Source: Flectonema sp. DT1601 (Eukaryota). From it: a stretch of DNA of 64,000 bases. The stretch covers positions 434,001 through 498,000 of the forward strand of contig OZ025804.1 of the NCBI GenBank assembly GCA_964019425.1, in the 5' to 3' direction. This document shows positions 9,583-20,906 of the stretch, piece by piece. Made by a program: the position numbers and the translations under genes. A model generated the notes under the pieces. That model was not told the origin of the DNA, did not search any database, and worked only from the letters and a program-made list of their open reading frames with translations. Every line of letters begins with the position of its first letter. The stretch's first letter is position 1.

Positions 9583-12291
9583 TTACATGTCAATCTTGAA
9601 TCCTCCCTTACGGTTGGATCCCCAAGTCTTCTTTGGCTTGTCATCCTCAGCTGGCTTCTCTTCAGCCTTTGGAGCTTCGGCCTTTGGTTCCTCCTTCTCG
9701 GACTGCCAGGTGGCACCTCTTGCCTGGAATGCCTTCTTTGGTGGGGAAGCTTCTTGTGGGGCATCAGATCCACCTCCGCCTCTCCAGTTTCCGGATTCTT
9801 GAGCAGCAGTTGGTGGCTTCGCTTCCCTTTCAGGCTGACCAGATGGTTCAGCATCACGGACGATTTCTCCCTTACCAGCACCAGCTCTTCCAACCTTGTT
9901 GAACAATTCCTTCTCAACCTCTTCGTCTCTGATAGTCTTTTCAGCTCTGGCGATAAGGCTCGGGTCCTGTTTTCTGATGTTGATAACTGATTCGTAGAAG
10001 GTTTCCATCTGGGACTCCATTCTGCTCAATCTCCTCTTAGTCTCAACAGCATCGTCGTAGTCCTTACGGAGCTGGGTGAGGGTGTTGGCCTTACGAGCTT
10101 CGAAGGCACTCTTTTGTTGTTGAAGCTTGTCTTCGTGAGCCTTTCTGATAAGAGGGGCCTCAAAATCACGTACAGCACGCTCCAACCAGTGGATCTTGTG
10201 CCATTCGTTAATACGCTTCTGTTCAGCCTTGTATCTAGCATCAATCATGTACTTAAGACCCTGTTCAACAAGTTCATCAGTGTCGATATTATCAGTACCT
10301 GACTTGATACGCTTCTCCAAGTCGCTGGCACGACCAGAGGTTGCCTTGACGATGGCAGTAATGATAGCTTCGCCCTGCTTTTGGTTCTTAATTTTGTTAG
10401 CCTCCTCCTTCGCTTCCTTTTCACGTCTGGCCTTCTCCTTGTTACGCTTGTTGAATTCTTCGTTAAGAGTGGCCAACTTCTCGTTTTGGAGACGCTGAGC
10501 TTCTTCTTCCTTCTCCTTATCCTTTTGCTTCTCTGCTTCCTTACGACGTTCATCGATGACTTCAACACGTCTGATGAAGGCTTCACGTTCTTCTTCAAGT
10601 CCAGAGATGACTCTCTTGGAGAGAAGTCCTCTGCGTTCAGCGATCTTCTGCTGAAGAGCTTCACCTTCTTCACGCTTTGACATCAACATTCTGTTGATTG
10701 TGGCCATACGCTTACGGAGGTTTGGTAGAGTAGAGCACAAGATATCGCTGCTGATGTTAGCGTCATCGAACTTAATCGACTGGCTCTGGTGATCAATGCA
10801 CAGCTGAACATTTGAAGCTGGGGCTCTAGCAACGGTCACAAGGAGAGATTCGATCTGAAGGTTCTCATGGAATCTACACATGTCTGACAATGCTTTTAAT
10901 GATAAAGTACTGTAAACCTTACTGCTGGCAACAATAACAGCCACTGATGCAACCTCCTGAAGATGGCCAGAGTAGTCACCCAAACCGTTGTCCCCAAGCC
11001 ATTGGAAGACTGGCTTTACCTTGTCAGCGAGGTTCAATGGTTGAATGTTACGTTCAACGATGTTGTACAGCTCAACTACCTTTGGATGAGCCAACTTCAG
11101 AATCTGTGATTCCTTACCAGTGATCTCTAATAGCAGACTCTCTCTGGAAGGAGGCTTCACTGATCCCAACAAAGTTGTCATCTTGGCAGCCTTCTCTCTC
11201 TCGGAATCGCTGGTGAATGGAGTGATGCTGTTTGGCGGCTGGTGAGTCCAGAATGGGATCGAAAGAACTGCGAGAAGTACCTTCGAGGCGAGCTTCTGCT
11301 TCTCTTCGTCGTTGTTGGATCTTCCCCAGAACAAGTCTCCCTTCTTTACAAACAACTTGTAAAGAGCGTAGGCATGGAACAGCCAGTTCTTTGACACCCA
11401 AAAGATTCTCGCCAAGAGAGTGTAGTACTGAATAATAATATCAATCTTTGGTGATACTTTAAAGAATTCAATTCTCTGATGGATCTCTTCAATTGCGCGG
11501 TAGGCCTCCTGCCAGTTATCAAAGTGAACAGCAACATCTAACTGAGCCTGATGGGCGGCAAGCATCAAGTGAAACTTTGAGTCAATTTTACCATCAGCCT
11601 GCTGTTGTTTAACTTCGTCGAATCTCTTCTTCTTAGCGGCGTTGTCTAAGTGGTTCATTTCAGTCCAGTGATCTCTTAGAATACGGCAGAAGTGCATCTT
11701 GAAGGCAATCTTTTGTTTGTGTTTCTTACAGAAAGCGAAGGCCTTGCTGGACATCTTATGGAATGAGTCTTCGTAGGCTGGGTTCTTCTTACAGATCTCC
11801 ATACAGTTCTTGTAGCAGTCGGTTAAGTACTTAACCCAAGGAGTGAGCTTCTCACGTTGAATACGTTCCTTTAATTCTTCTCCACCAACAGCCTTCATGA
11901 GAGCGGCTTCAGGAGAGTCGTCAAGAAGTTCGCTTCCATCTCCAGTGATTTCACGAGCCTGTTCTTCAGCATCCTGTGCGTTGGCGGTTGCCTTGTCAGC
12001 TTCTTCAACAACGTGGTTGAGGACACGCTCAAGTGTTTCTGGTTGTTGTTCTCTAGTGAAGGCTCTGTATATGATTAAATCATCCTTTAAGTTCTTTCTT
12101 AATGAAATAGCGATATCAACCAACTTGAACATCGCCTGCTCGTGAGCCTCAACCCACTGAACTCTCTTCAGCTTGTACACACCTCTAAGATGAGTGAGAG
12201 CCATCTCTTTCTGGTCTTGCTTAAGGAGTTCTTCCACCTTGATCAAAGCACTCTCCGGCTTGATCTGCTGGTTTCTACCAAACGACATCAT
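9583..12291 (-). CDS. EIF3A: Eukaryotic translation initiation factor 3 subunit A
   Basis: N-terminal KPESAL..EELL, LTPWVKYL, WQEAYRAIEEIH, FWVSKNWLFHAYA, PCI region and long charged coiled coil with LERAVR. Confidence 0.9.
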   Translation of the reverse strand: MMSFGRNQQIKPESALIKVEELLKQDQKEMALTHLRGVYKLKRVQWVEAHEQAMFKLVDIAISLRKNLKDDLIIYRAFTREQQPETLERVLNHVVEEADKATANAQDAEEQAREITGDGSELLDDSPEAALMKAVGGEELKERIQREKLTPWVKYLTDCYKNCMEICKKNPAYEDSFHKMSSKAFAFCKKHKQKIAFKMHFCRILRDHWTEMNHLDNAAKKKRFDEVKQQQADGKIDSKFHLMLAAHQAQLDVAVHFDNWQEAYRAIEEIHQRIEFFKVSPKIDIIIQYYTLLARIFWVSKNWLFHAYALYKLFVKKGDLFWGRSNNDEEKQKLASKVLLAVLSIPFWTHQPPNSITPFTSDSEREKAAKMTTLLGSVKPPSRESLLLEITGKESQILKLAHPKVVELYNIVERNIQPLNLADKVKPVFQWLGDNGLGDYSGHLQEVASVAVIVASSKVYSTLSLKALSDMCRFHENLQIESLLVTVARAPASNVQLCIDHQSQSIKFDDANISSDILCSTLPNLRKRMATINRMLMSKREEGEALQQKIAERRGLLSKRVISGLEEEREAFIRRVEVIDERRKEAEKQKDKEKEEEAQRLQNEKLATLNEEFNKRNKEKARREKEAKEEANKIKNQKQGEAIITAIVKATSGRASDLEKRIKSGTDNIDTDELVEQGLKYMIDARYKAEQKRINEWHKIHWLERAVRDFEAPLIRKAHEDKLQQQKSAFEARKANTLTQLRKDYDDAVETKRRLSRMESQMETFYESVINIRKQDPSLIARAEKTIRDEEVEKELFNKVGRAGAGKGEIVRDAEPSGQPEREAKPPTAAQESGNWRGGGGSDAPQEASPPKKAFQARGATWQSEKEEPKAEAPKAEEKPAEDDKPKKTWGSNRKGGFKIDM

Positions 12292-12678
12292 CTTTGACGA
12301 TTACACTGATAAAATACAAATATATTGATTGAAGTTGATGTTAAAATTACACATGCGGCTGTTGCTCGTCATTTTCATGTAAAGTAAGGATGACAAACAG
12401 GGTTATTAAATAATAACAAACACAATTGGTATTCGCGCACGCGGCGTACATCACCAAAACATAACAAAAAAAGAGAACCATATGATATTTTTGGGAGAAT
12501 TTCGACTCTAAGGGGAAAAGAAAAAAAAAAAAAAAAATTGGCATTAAACTTGTTTTTGTGCACTGAAACTGTAATCCGGCCAGACTGAGAGCTAGAAAGA
12601 ATTACATGTGCCCTAACATTCGATTGTAAAAACAAAAACGTAAGACCACCCTCGACGGTATTTCATACAACAGCTGGT

Positions 12679-14232
12679 TTAGTCTTCAGCGCTCAGCTTT
12701 GCGAAATCACATGTGAGTCCTGTTTTTGCTCCTGGAGGTTTGCCTGTTCTTAAAGCTTGAATCGAAGGGTTGTGAAAAGCTGTTTTACTTTGAAGAAAAG
12801 ATGTGATTTCAGCGGCTGGTATCTCAGGATCGATGTCAGTCATCCCACTCATGGTCAGTAGATCGTATTCAACATCTGGTTTGTGTCTCTTATTCGGACT
12901 GTCGTCAAGACAAAGCTGACCATTTAAGTCTTTACAAACACTACTCGCACTCTTCTTAAGGAAGAGGTGACGACGAAGTATTTTACAAGTTGGTCGAACA
13001 GACGGATCAAGCTGAAGACAATCTTGCATAAATGAATGTAACTCCGGTGAAGCACTCGAAGGAAGTTGTGGAGGTTCAGTAGCATTACCAATATGATATA
13101 ATACGGCTATTGGATTATCGAATTCTTTTTCTGACCAAGGTCGTTTCCCTGTTGCCATTTCTAATACAGTACAACCTAATCCCCATACATCACTGTGGTA
13201 TCCAACAGTGTTTTCCTTCACTACTTCAGGTGCCACCCATAGGGGTGTTCCGCATAGTATTTTATCTTTTTCAGGAAGCGAATGCTTCAAACTGAGCGCT
13301 GATCCAAAGTCACTCAACTTTGCAATCCCGTTATCAGAAACTAAGATGTTAGCAGCCTTTAGATCACGATGAATGACTTGGCAGTCGTGAAGGTAGTGCA
13401 ACCCTTGTACTATCTGAGACGTATACGTAATAATTAATGATTCATGAAAGCGACCAAATCGTTCTAACAATTGAGCGAGAGATCCTCCAGGTACGTATTC
13501 CATAACGACTTCCATTTTATGATCGTTAGAATCACCGCATGCTAAATACTTTACAATGTTTGGATGGTCTAGTCGTCTTAATAGGTCGATTTCCTGTTGT
13601 ACTTCTGAAGCATCTTGTCCGATGGATAACGATATTGTTTTTATAGCAATCAGTTCTGCTGTTTGGCAGTTGATGCCAAGATGTACAGTGCCGTATCCTC
13701 CTTTTCCGATTAAGTCTCCTAATTGCCAGGCTTGAACTCGTCCTGCTTTAGGAGATACAACGAGAGGCAATCCCGGAATTTTAAAAATAAAACTAAAAAA
13801 ACATTTCGATTTCGCATCATTGGATGACATAGATCTTTTTTTATGTTGGATCCCAACAATTCCAATTTCGTCTCCGTTGTGAAGACGGTGTTGGCGATTC
13901 TTTATCAACCTGTATCCATTAACATACGTCCCGTTTGTACTTGTGTCAGTTATTGCAACTTTATATTGGTTGGTTTGTCCGCAAATTTCTTTTTCAATCT
14001 TTAAGTGAGTGTTGCTGATTCGTGGATCATTTATTTCGATTTGAGCGCCTCCTCCAGCCCTTCCAATAACGACTGCATGCTCTCCACTCAATTCGTGTTT
14101 TAATAAATTATCGGAACTAATTAGAGTTCCCCAGCTACTGTCTCTTGGTTCTATGTACATATGACTGGGCTGTGTTTCGGGAACCACTTCCAGGGTGCTT
14201 TGGGGAGTACATTGTTGTTGTGGAGCTGACAT
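12679..14232 (-). CDS. FHA-domain Ser/Thr protein kinase with STE11/MAPKKK-like catalytic domain
   Basis: FHA motifs IGR..SNTH..DTSTNGTYVNG; kinase GKGGYG, AIK, EYVPGGSL, HRDLKAANIL, DFG, GTPLWVAPE, EMATGKRPW. Confidence 0.9.
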   Translation of the reverse strand: MSAPQQQCTPQSTLEVVPETQPSHMYIEPRDSSWGTLISSDNLLKHELSGEHAVVIGRAGGGAQIEINDPRISNTHLKIEKEICGQTNQYKVAITDTSTNGTYVNGYRLIKNRQHRLHNGDEIGIVGIQHKKRSMSSNDAKSKCFFSFIFKIPGLPLVVSPKAGRVQAWQLGDLIGKGGYGTVHLGINCQTAELIAIKTISLSIGQDASEVQQEIDLLRRLDHPNIVKYLACGDSNDHKMEVVMEYVPGGSLAQLLERFGRFHESLIITYTSQIVQGLHYLHDCQVIHRDLKAANILVSDNGIAKLSDFGSALSLKHSLPEKDKILCGTPLWVAPEVVKENTVGYHSDVWGLGCTVLEMATGKRPWSEKEFDNPIAVLYHIGNATEPPQLPSSASPELHSFMQDCLQLDPSVRPTCKILRRHLFLKKSASSVCKDLNGQLCLDDSPNKRHKPDVEYDLLTMSGMTDIDPEIPAAEITSFLQSKTAFHNPSIQALRTGKPPGAKTGLTCDFAKLSAED

Positions 14233-14609
14233 AACGAAAACTGGGTGGGGGGGGGAAGGAAAATAAATTATTCAAAAATAACATAATAAATAATTTTACT
14301 ATAACCGTAATGATAGGACAAAATTTTGTGTTTTTTTTTTTTTTCTTTTTTTTTTTGATGTAATGATCCAAGAGGGAAAGAAAAAATAAAAAAAAAAATA
14401 AAAAAGTTAAAAGGAACGGAAAAAATAAAAATAAAAAAATAAAAAAGAAATGGTGCATGGCTTTAGTGTCGTAATTTATTTTATTTATTTTTCCCTTCAT
14501 CGTTTTTTTTTTTTCTTTCTTTCTGAACAACTAATACAGAAGGCAAAAATCCAGCTCACAAACTAGGAAGGATGTGCATTTAGGAGGCACACAACAAGAT
14601 TAAAGAACC

Positions 14610-17600
14610 TTATTCTGTCTTGGCGCGTTTGACGTTCTTCTTCGATTCAAACTTCTTCTTCTTTTCCTTCTCACGTTCCTTTTTGGCTTGTTCCTTGAAC
14701 GCCTTCTTTGATTTCAATTTCTGATCCTTCGCCTGCTGCTCAGCCTCATGTGCAGCTTTTTCGGATTCTTCAAAACGCTTTCGTTTGCTGCCATCGGCAG
14801 TTTCGTTTTCTGTATTTCCAGACATTGAGGATGGCTTACGTGGTTTTGTTTGAATAACATCTTTACTGACTGTGAGCTTCAGATGAGGAGCAGCCTTACG
14901 CAGTGCCGCTCTCATATTCAAATCAATAAAAGAAGATTTCTGAATGTAAGTATCGACAGTCTTAACAACATGACTACAAAGATCTTTATCTTGTTTCTTA
15001 CATCTGTCTAAGAATCTAACAATTGTTGACTGTAGCAGAATACCATGTGGAAGAGTGACGCGGTTTCTCCATGCAGCAGCTTCGTCAGTTGCAAGGCCTT
15101 CAGCTGTAACGTCGAATGACTTGGCTAAAGATACCAACGACGGGATAAGAGTCTTTGATGTCTTTACTAACTCATCCATTTGAGTCCACTTACTCGAAAT
15201 ATAATGTGCTACTTCCAATAGAATTGATCTGTTGAATGGCCTCTGATTAGTCTTAGCTGACAACTGCTTTGTCAATGCTGGAACAACTACCCAGAACACA
15301 GCTGCAGCTGATCTCTCAAACAGATTAGAGACACATTCCTTCATAAAGGCTAGTGATGGTTTCTTTGTTCCGAATATCTTAAGGGTAAGCGCCAGTACCT
15401 TTTCTTCAGTCTCAGTTTTCTTTCCGACTTCTGCGAATAGAATACTTATAATGTTAGTCGCTACCTTTAAGACGACATTCTTTAAATGTTTTCCTTCACG
15501 CTCTTGTAACTTTGCCTTGTTATCTCTTGTGGCTAAGGTGACACAGAATTCCAAAGATGACAACAGTTCTTCGACGTCTGGTTTGGTTGTCTTTGCTTTT
15601 GCTAAATGGTTTAACACTGAAACAGATGCCGACAAGACTGGAGCAGAGTTCTGTAAATTAGATTGATCACCTTCATTCCATCCCTTTCCTTTTTGTTGTT
15701 TCTTATTCTTGTTGCTTGCCTTTAACTTTGGCAATGACAACTCTGCAAGACGAGCAACAGGTTCAGCAATTGCACCTACAGCAAGCGTAGATCCCTCGCA
15801 ACGCTTAAGATAAGCAAGAAGGTATTGTAATGAACGTACTTGAGCGTGACGAAGTTGCTGTTCAAGAGCTTGACGATCTGCTTTTGTTTGTTTTTGAGGT
15901 GCGGGTTTGTCGTCATCATCATCACCTGAGTCACTGTCAGATGATGAATCAGAATCAGATCCGCTGTCTTCGTCATCAGAACCTTCTTGAACTTCATAAC
16001 CCTCAGGAGTTAAAGGAGCCAATAGAATCTTTAAACATTCATTATTCATATGGTTTGAGATAACTAATTCAATAATGGTCATAGAAACCTTACTTATAGT
16101 CGCTGATAAGTGTGCTAATACTTCTTGGTGACGTAAGTTGACCGACAACAACGAATCGAGTAACACTTCTGGAACAAAACAACCACTTGCATAAGCATTA
16201 CAGATATCATGAATACTCTCTGAAAGGTTAACCATGACTGTAGCACCAGCATTGTTACTTCCTTCAATTACTAAGTTAAAGAACAACAGTGTTAAGAGAG
16301 ACTCAAAGTGAATGTGATGTCTTTTTTCAATCGGATTTCCAGAAACTTTTTTTGATCCCTTCTTTGACAACAACGCCTTTGAGATAACCTTTAACAATGA
16401 CCCAACCTCAGCACCGTCTTCTGTTTGTGGCATTTGGTACAAAGCCTCACCAGTTACATTACTTAAACCAGATTCATAACGCTTAATCGCGGATAATAAA
16501 AGTGACTTAGCTGTGGTAGTATCGCTGTCTTTGGTGGAGCTCACAGTGGAGGAGATGTGTCTGAGAACAGTGAACAGTTGATCAGAAGCAGCAGTACGAA
16601 GAACTGATGGTAATGCCTCAAGAGATAGAAGTCTCTCTGGTAGTGGAGTAGACTTGTCAGATGACTCAGCAGTACCTGATGGTGTTGCAAAGAACGAATG
16701 GGTAACCAAGAATGAGATTATCTTTTCAAGAGATGTCGATGACGCGTTGATTGCCTGCGGAGTTGAAGCCGTCGTTGTGAGAGCACGAATTTCAGAAAAG
16801 ACGTATCTCTGAACATTAAATGAGAATCTAAGGTATCCTTCTCTAATTGGTTCATCATCAAGTTGTTCTTCCATTTCTTCATCAGCATTCTCACTTGACG
16901 CGCTGTCAGAGTCAGAGTCTGATGGAGCTCCTTCTTCAACGTTTGGAAATTGTTTTCTAATTTTCTGATCTCCAAGTCCGTGAAGCTGTTCCATGAGATT
17001 TGTTATCTTTTTGACATCCAACTGATCTCCGCCACTCTTCGTTGGCTTTCCCTGTTTTAGCAACTGAGTTGTGATTTGAGGATGCTTTTCACTGAGTTCT
17101 GCCAAAAGCAAACTTGACATTCCAGACCCTTGACTATTATTAGTAATAGCGTGAACAACTGAAGAAATCAAGAAGTCGTATAAGTTTTTGTAAGGCCTCT
17201 TCTCAAGATTCTCTTCCGTGAAGTACGGAACAATAACTGCCTTCCAGAATGAACGAAGCTTAGACTCAAATGACTTTCCTGAATTGCTACTTTGAATGTC
17301 GTCGAACCAACTTCCCCAAAGAGAATGAATTCTTGGGTATAATTCCACTGTTGGTTTAGCACCTTCGAATAGTGACGCGGAGATTACTTTAGTGATTGAT
17401 ATGTTACTGAAGGTTAATTCTTTTAATCTGTTGTGAGACTCTGGTACCTTACAAGAATTAAACAATCCCATGTGTGACAACTCCAGGTACATAAAGATTG
17501 ACTCAGCTGACCAAGTCTCATGTTTAACGCTAGTGAAGTAGTGTTCGAAAATAGAAGGCATTAGAGCTTTGTCTAAGAATGAAATCTCTGATGAGAATTT

Positions 17601-18758
17601 CTTTACTAATAAAAGGATAAGTTGGGCACAAGGTTCCTTTGATGCCGGTAGAATTGAACTCGTCTGAAGTAGTCTCGAGATAGTGACGGACATGCTAACT
17701 CTGTCGAGGGTTCTGTTGGATGTTAAAATTGAAAGTAATCCGAAGAAGACTCCCCATGAAAGTTGTTTTTGTTCTGATCCCTGGTTCTCATCAGACTTCG
17801 CAGCTCCACTCGATTTCATCAAAGCCTCCAAACTACAAGTGATGTACGACGTTGGAAGTTTACTCGCATTCAACAATCGAATGAGCGTTTCGCAAAATCC
17901 CAAACGAGATCCCCCAACCCCACTTGCTAAACCCTTAATCAAACGAGTGAGGATGTAAGCAGGAACTGAACCAATCGCCTTCTCGTATTTTGCAGGTTTG
18001 GTGACATCATCGTTACCAATATTGAGAGTGTCTTGGTTAATACCTGCAATGGCAATTTCAACCAATCCCTTAGCACCTTCGGTTCTCTTAAGAGAACTAG
18101 ATTCACGGAGCTTATCAAACAGCGGAAGTGTCTTCTTTCTCTCTTCAAGAAGTTTACGAGCCCTGTCGATAGCGGCACCAGAAGGTTTGTCTTCAGGTGC
18201 TGTGAGATCTTCTGCGGAATCTTTTGAAACTTTTTTAATCTTAATCTTCTTTTCAACTTTACTTTGAATCTCCAATGTGTCGAATACTGATAAGAACTTA
18301 CCCGGAGGACCAGCAGGTGGGTGTTCTGGGAAGTATCCAACAGGGTTAATCTGGTTCACAATGTCAAGGAACGCACCAAGCTCTGGGTCTTTGTTCCCCG
18401 CCTGCGATGATTTGGCGTTCAAGTAATCAATAGCCGCCTTGTGGAACGCGGATTTTTCTTGTTTCTGCCCGCCCGCTGGTGCAGCAGTACCAGAGGCTTT
18501 GCGTTGTGCCTTTTTAAGTTTCTTCAGTTCCTTCTTGGTGTGTTTACCAGTTTCAGGACCTCCCTCAGTCTTTCTTCTCTTCTGACGATCATGTCTCTTA
18601 CTAGAAGTTACCTTACCCTGTCTCTTTTCCCTTCTCTTTGCTGCGCGATCGAGACGAGTTTGCTCACTAGTCTCGTTTTGCTTGCTTCGCTTCACATCTT
18701 TCTTTGCCTTGTTTTTAGGGGTTTCCTTCCCTTTCTTTGCGACTGCGGCCTTTACCAT
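14610..18758 (-). CDS. MYBBP1A/Pol5 (DNA polymerase phi)-like nucleolar protein
   Basis: YILTRLIKGLASGVGGSRLGFCETLIRLL resembles the family N-terminal signature; helical body, acidic tracts and Lys-rich termini. Confidence 0.7.
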   Translation of the reverse strand: MVKAAVAKKGKETPKNKAKKDVKRSKQNETSEQTRLDRAAKRREKRQGKVTSSKRHDRQKRRKTEGGPETGKHTKKELKKLKKAQRKASGTAAPAGGQKQEKSAFHKAAIDYLNAKSSQAGNKDPELGAFLDIVNQINPVGYFPEHPPAGPPGKFLSVFDTLEIQSKVEKKIKIKKVSKDSAEDLTAPEDKPSGAAIDRARKLLEERKKTLPLFDKLRESSSLKRTEGAKGLVEIAIAGINQDTLNIGNDDVTKPAKYEKAIGSVPAYILTRLIKGLASGVGGSRLGFCETLIRLLNASKLPTSYITCSLEALMKSSGAAKSDENQGSEQKQLSWGVFFGLLSILTSNRTLDRVSMSVTISRLLQTSSILPASKEPCAQLILLLVKKFSSEISFLDKALMPSIFEHYFTSVKHETWSAESIFMYLELSHMGLFNSCKVPESHNRLKELTFSNISITKVISASLFEGAKPTVELYPRIHSLWGSWFDDIQSSNSGKSFESKLRSFWKAVIVPYFTEENLEKRPYKNLYDFLISSVVHAITNNSQGSGMSSLLLAELSEKHPQITTQLLKQGKPTKSGGDQLDVKKITNLMEQLHGLGDQKIRKQFPNVEEGAPSDSDSDSASSENADEEMEEQLDDEPIREGYLRFSFNVQRYVFSEIRALTTTASTPQAINASSTSLEKIISFLVTHSFFATPSGTAESSDKSTPLPERLLSLEALPSVLRTAASDQLFTVLRHISSTVSSTKDSDTTTAKSLLLSAIKRYESGLSNVTGEALYQMPQTEDGAEVGSLLKVISKALLSKKGSKKVSGNPIEKRHHIHFESLLTLLFFNLVIEGSNNAGATVMVNLSESIHDICNAYASGCFVPEVLLDSLLSVNLRHQEVLAHLSATISKVSMTIIELVISNHMNNECLKILLAPLTPEGYEVQEGSDDEDSGSDSDSSSDSDSGDDDDDKPAPQKQTKADRQALEQQLRHAQVRSLQYLLAYLKRCEGSTLAVGAIAEPVARLAELSLPKLKASNKNKKQQKGKGWNEGDQSNLQNSAPVLSASVSVLNHLAKAKTTKPDVEELLSSLEFCVTLATRDNKAKLQEREGKHLKNVVLKVATNIISILFAEVGKKTETEEKVLALTLKIFGTKKPSLAFMKECVSNLFERSAAAVFWVVVPALTKQLSAKTNQRPFNRSILLEVAHYISSKWTQMDELVKTSKTLIPSLVSLAKSFDVTAEGLATDEAAAWRNRVTLPHGILLQSTIVRFLDRCKKQDKDLCSHVVKTVDTYIQKSSFIDLNMRAALRKAAPHLKLTVSKDVIQTKPRKPSSMSGNTENETADGSKRKRFEESEKAAHEAEQQAKDQKLKSKKAFKEQAKKEREKEKKKKFESKKNVKRAKTE

Positions 18759-19125
18759 CTGGCCCTGATTGATACCTGTAGTGGGAAGTAATTTATTGAT
18801 AGAGGACTACGACAATTATGAAAACACTTCTGTGGGAAGCAGCAGCAACATTGTATTTCCTGGGAGAAAAATGGCATAAACCGCACCAAAATATCAATCA
18901 CAATAAAGTCAAGAAATACGCCTAACGAACCAGAACAAGCTAAAACACTTTTGCTACTATCGTAACATATTTCTCTTCGGAAAATCTCTAAATCGCAGGC
19001 CTCAGTTTTATTAAACGCTGATTGCTTACATCATTTGATGGTAAGTTTGTTTTGTTTGTGAGGCTCAATTTGGAGTCAAGAGACTCCACAAAGGATGGAT
19101 TTTCTTTGTACTCGAATGATCTAAT

Positions 19126-20691
19126 TTAGAGTTCTTCATTAGCGATATCACTCCACTCATCATCTGCTGATCTGACTACGACAAACTCATCATCGAATTG
19201 TTGCCAATGAGTAGCTTCTTCTTGATTCTTTGTCTCAACTTCTTCAAACCAAATAGTTCTTCTCATCTTTTCTTTTTCAGCTTTCTCCTTGGCTTCCTTC
19301 TTCTTCTTTTGTTTGACTTTTTCAGCAGCTTCTTCCTGTGCTTTTTGTTTTTCCTCGGCATCCTTAATTTTCTTGAGTCTGTCAGCGATTTCCTGAGTGT
19401 CATCTAGTATAATTTGAGAACAAAGTACAGAGTCAGGGCGTTCCTTCAGTGGACCGGTCCAACCATTTCCGATACGGTCACCACAGGCAATGAACATAGT
19501 ACTGTTGGTAACCAGGCTAAAATCCGTGTCAACAGGGGCAACACCAATAACACCTGAGCTTTCACAAACCTGTATATTATTTTATTTTTTTGTTTCTATT
19601 TTTACGCCAAAACAACTTAACTAACAAAATAAAAGAAAACAAACCCTCGGATACGGAAGCTCTGAACACACTGCCAAATCACTTGAATCCGACTCCAGAA
19701 AATCATCAGTGTAGACGCTGTTGCCAAAGATTTCATCGGATGTGATGTTTCCGGAAGAACTCTTTTTACCAGAACTTCTAATAAAGTCAATTGAAGATGT
19801 GTATCCAATACCAACTGATGCCATCGTGTAATACGATGAAATCACTGTAGGAACTGATCTGGATACAGGAAGGGTTTCACGCTTACCCCATTGTTTTCCC
19901 ATAGTTCTGCTAGTCATTGAAAGCAGTCTTCCTGAAAATGATTTGATGTGAACAGTAAGTGAATCATCCTTCTTCCTTGCGATAGAAGATCCAACAATAC
20001 TACTCAAAACTGGTAGTTTACTAACGTGATCCCATGAGAGTCCATCAGTACTTTTAAACAAGTGAGTTTCATTCACATTAGCGCCGACTAACCAAAACCA
20101 CTGTTTCAAGTCATCAGCGTATAAGCTGGGTCCGAATTGATAAATTTCAACAGAAGAAACATTCTTTCCTTTAATCATTGGTCCGAAGAAGAATTTTTCT
20201 GGATTGCTGGAAGTGACGAGTTTTCCTTCTGTTATACTCATTGAGAAAAATGATGTAGTTGTTGTTTTTGGGATGCTAATACTTTCATCAGATTCTGGTT
20301 CATCAGGCGTGTCGTCTATTAAGAAAACAGGACATCTGCGAGTGTTCTCAGCTGGGACGTAGATCGATCCCTCAGAGCAAAAGTCATCATTATTAAGGAT
20401 CAGTTCACTGTAGCTTTCTCCTCTGTCAGTAGTTACGTAATGAATACTTTCTTTACACTCTCTGTGACATGGAACCGTGTCGACAGACATATCGTTACCA
20501 CCATCACAGCAATCTCCATCATCACGTCTTTGCACTGAAACTACAACGTCATTTCCAAAACTAAGAACTTTAGGCATCCAGTAATGATGTTGTTCGCTAC
20601 TTCCTATAGTAACTTGTTTACCAACAGTTACATACTCTTTCTTTGATTTCCCACTCATACAGAGTGCCGTTATCAGGGTTGGGATTAACAT
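19126..20691 (-). CDS. Secreted Asp-box (BNR/sialidase-like) protein with C-terminal charged coiled coil; two exons (20691..19645, 19569..19126)
   Basis: Asp-box-like TTDRGESY, STDGLSW, SRTMGKQW; a 75-nt GT-AG intron 19644..19570 joins the 360-aa and 123-aa ORFs in frame. Confidence 0.65.
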
Positions 20692-20906
20692 TGTTGTAGT
20701 CAAGGGGCTGATGGGGAAATCATGTTTTTTTTTTTTTTTTTTTTTTAAATTCGAAAATTAGTTCAAATCACTGCATTCGGAAAACTTCATTTGTTTATCT
20801 AAGTGACAAGTTCCGTATGCATCTCTGCGAAAGTAATTTGATGTCCCAACATTGAAACATCACATCGTTTGTTTTTTTTATCAGATTTCATCAAGCCCGG
20901 GGTACA

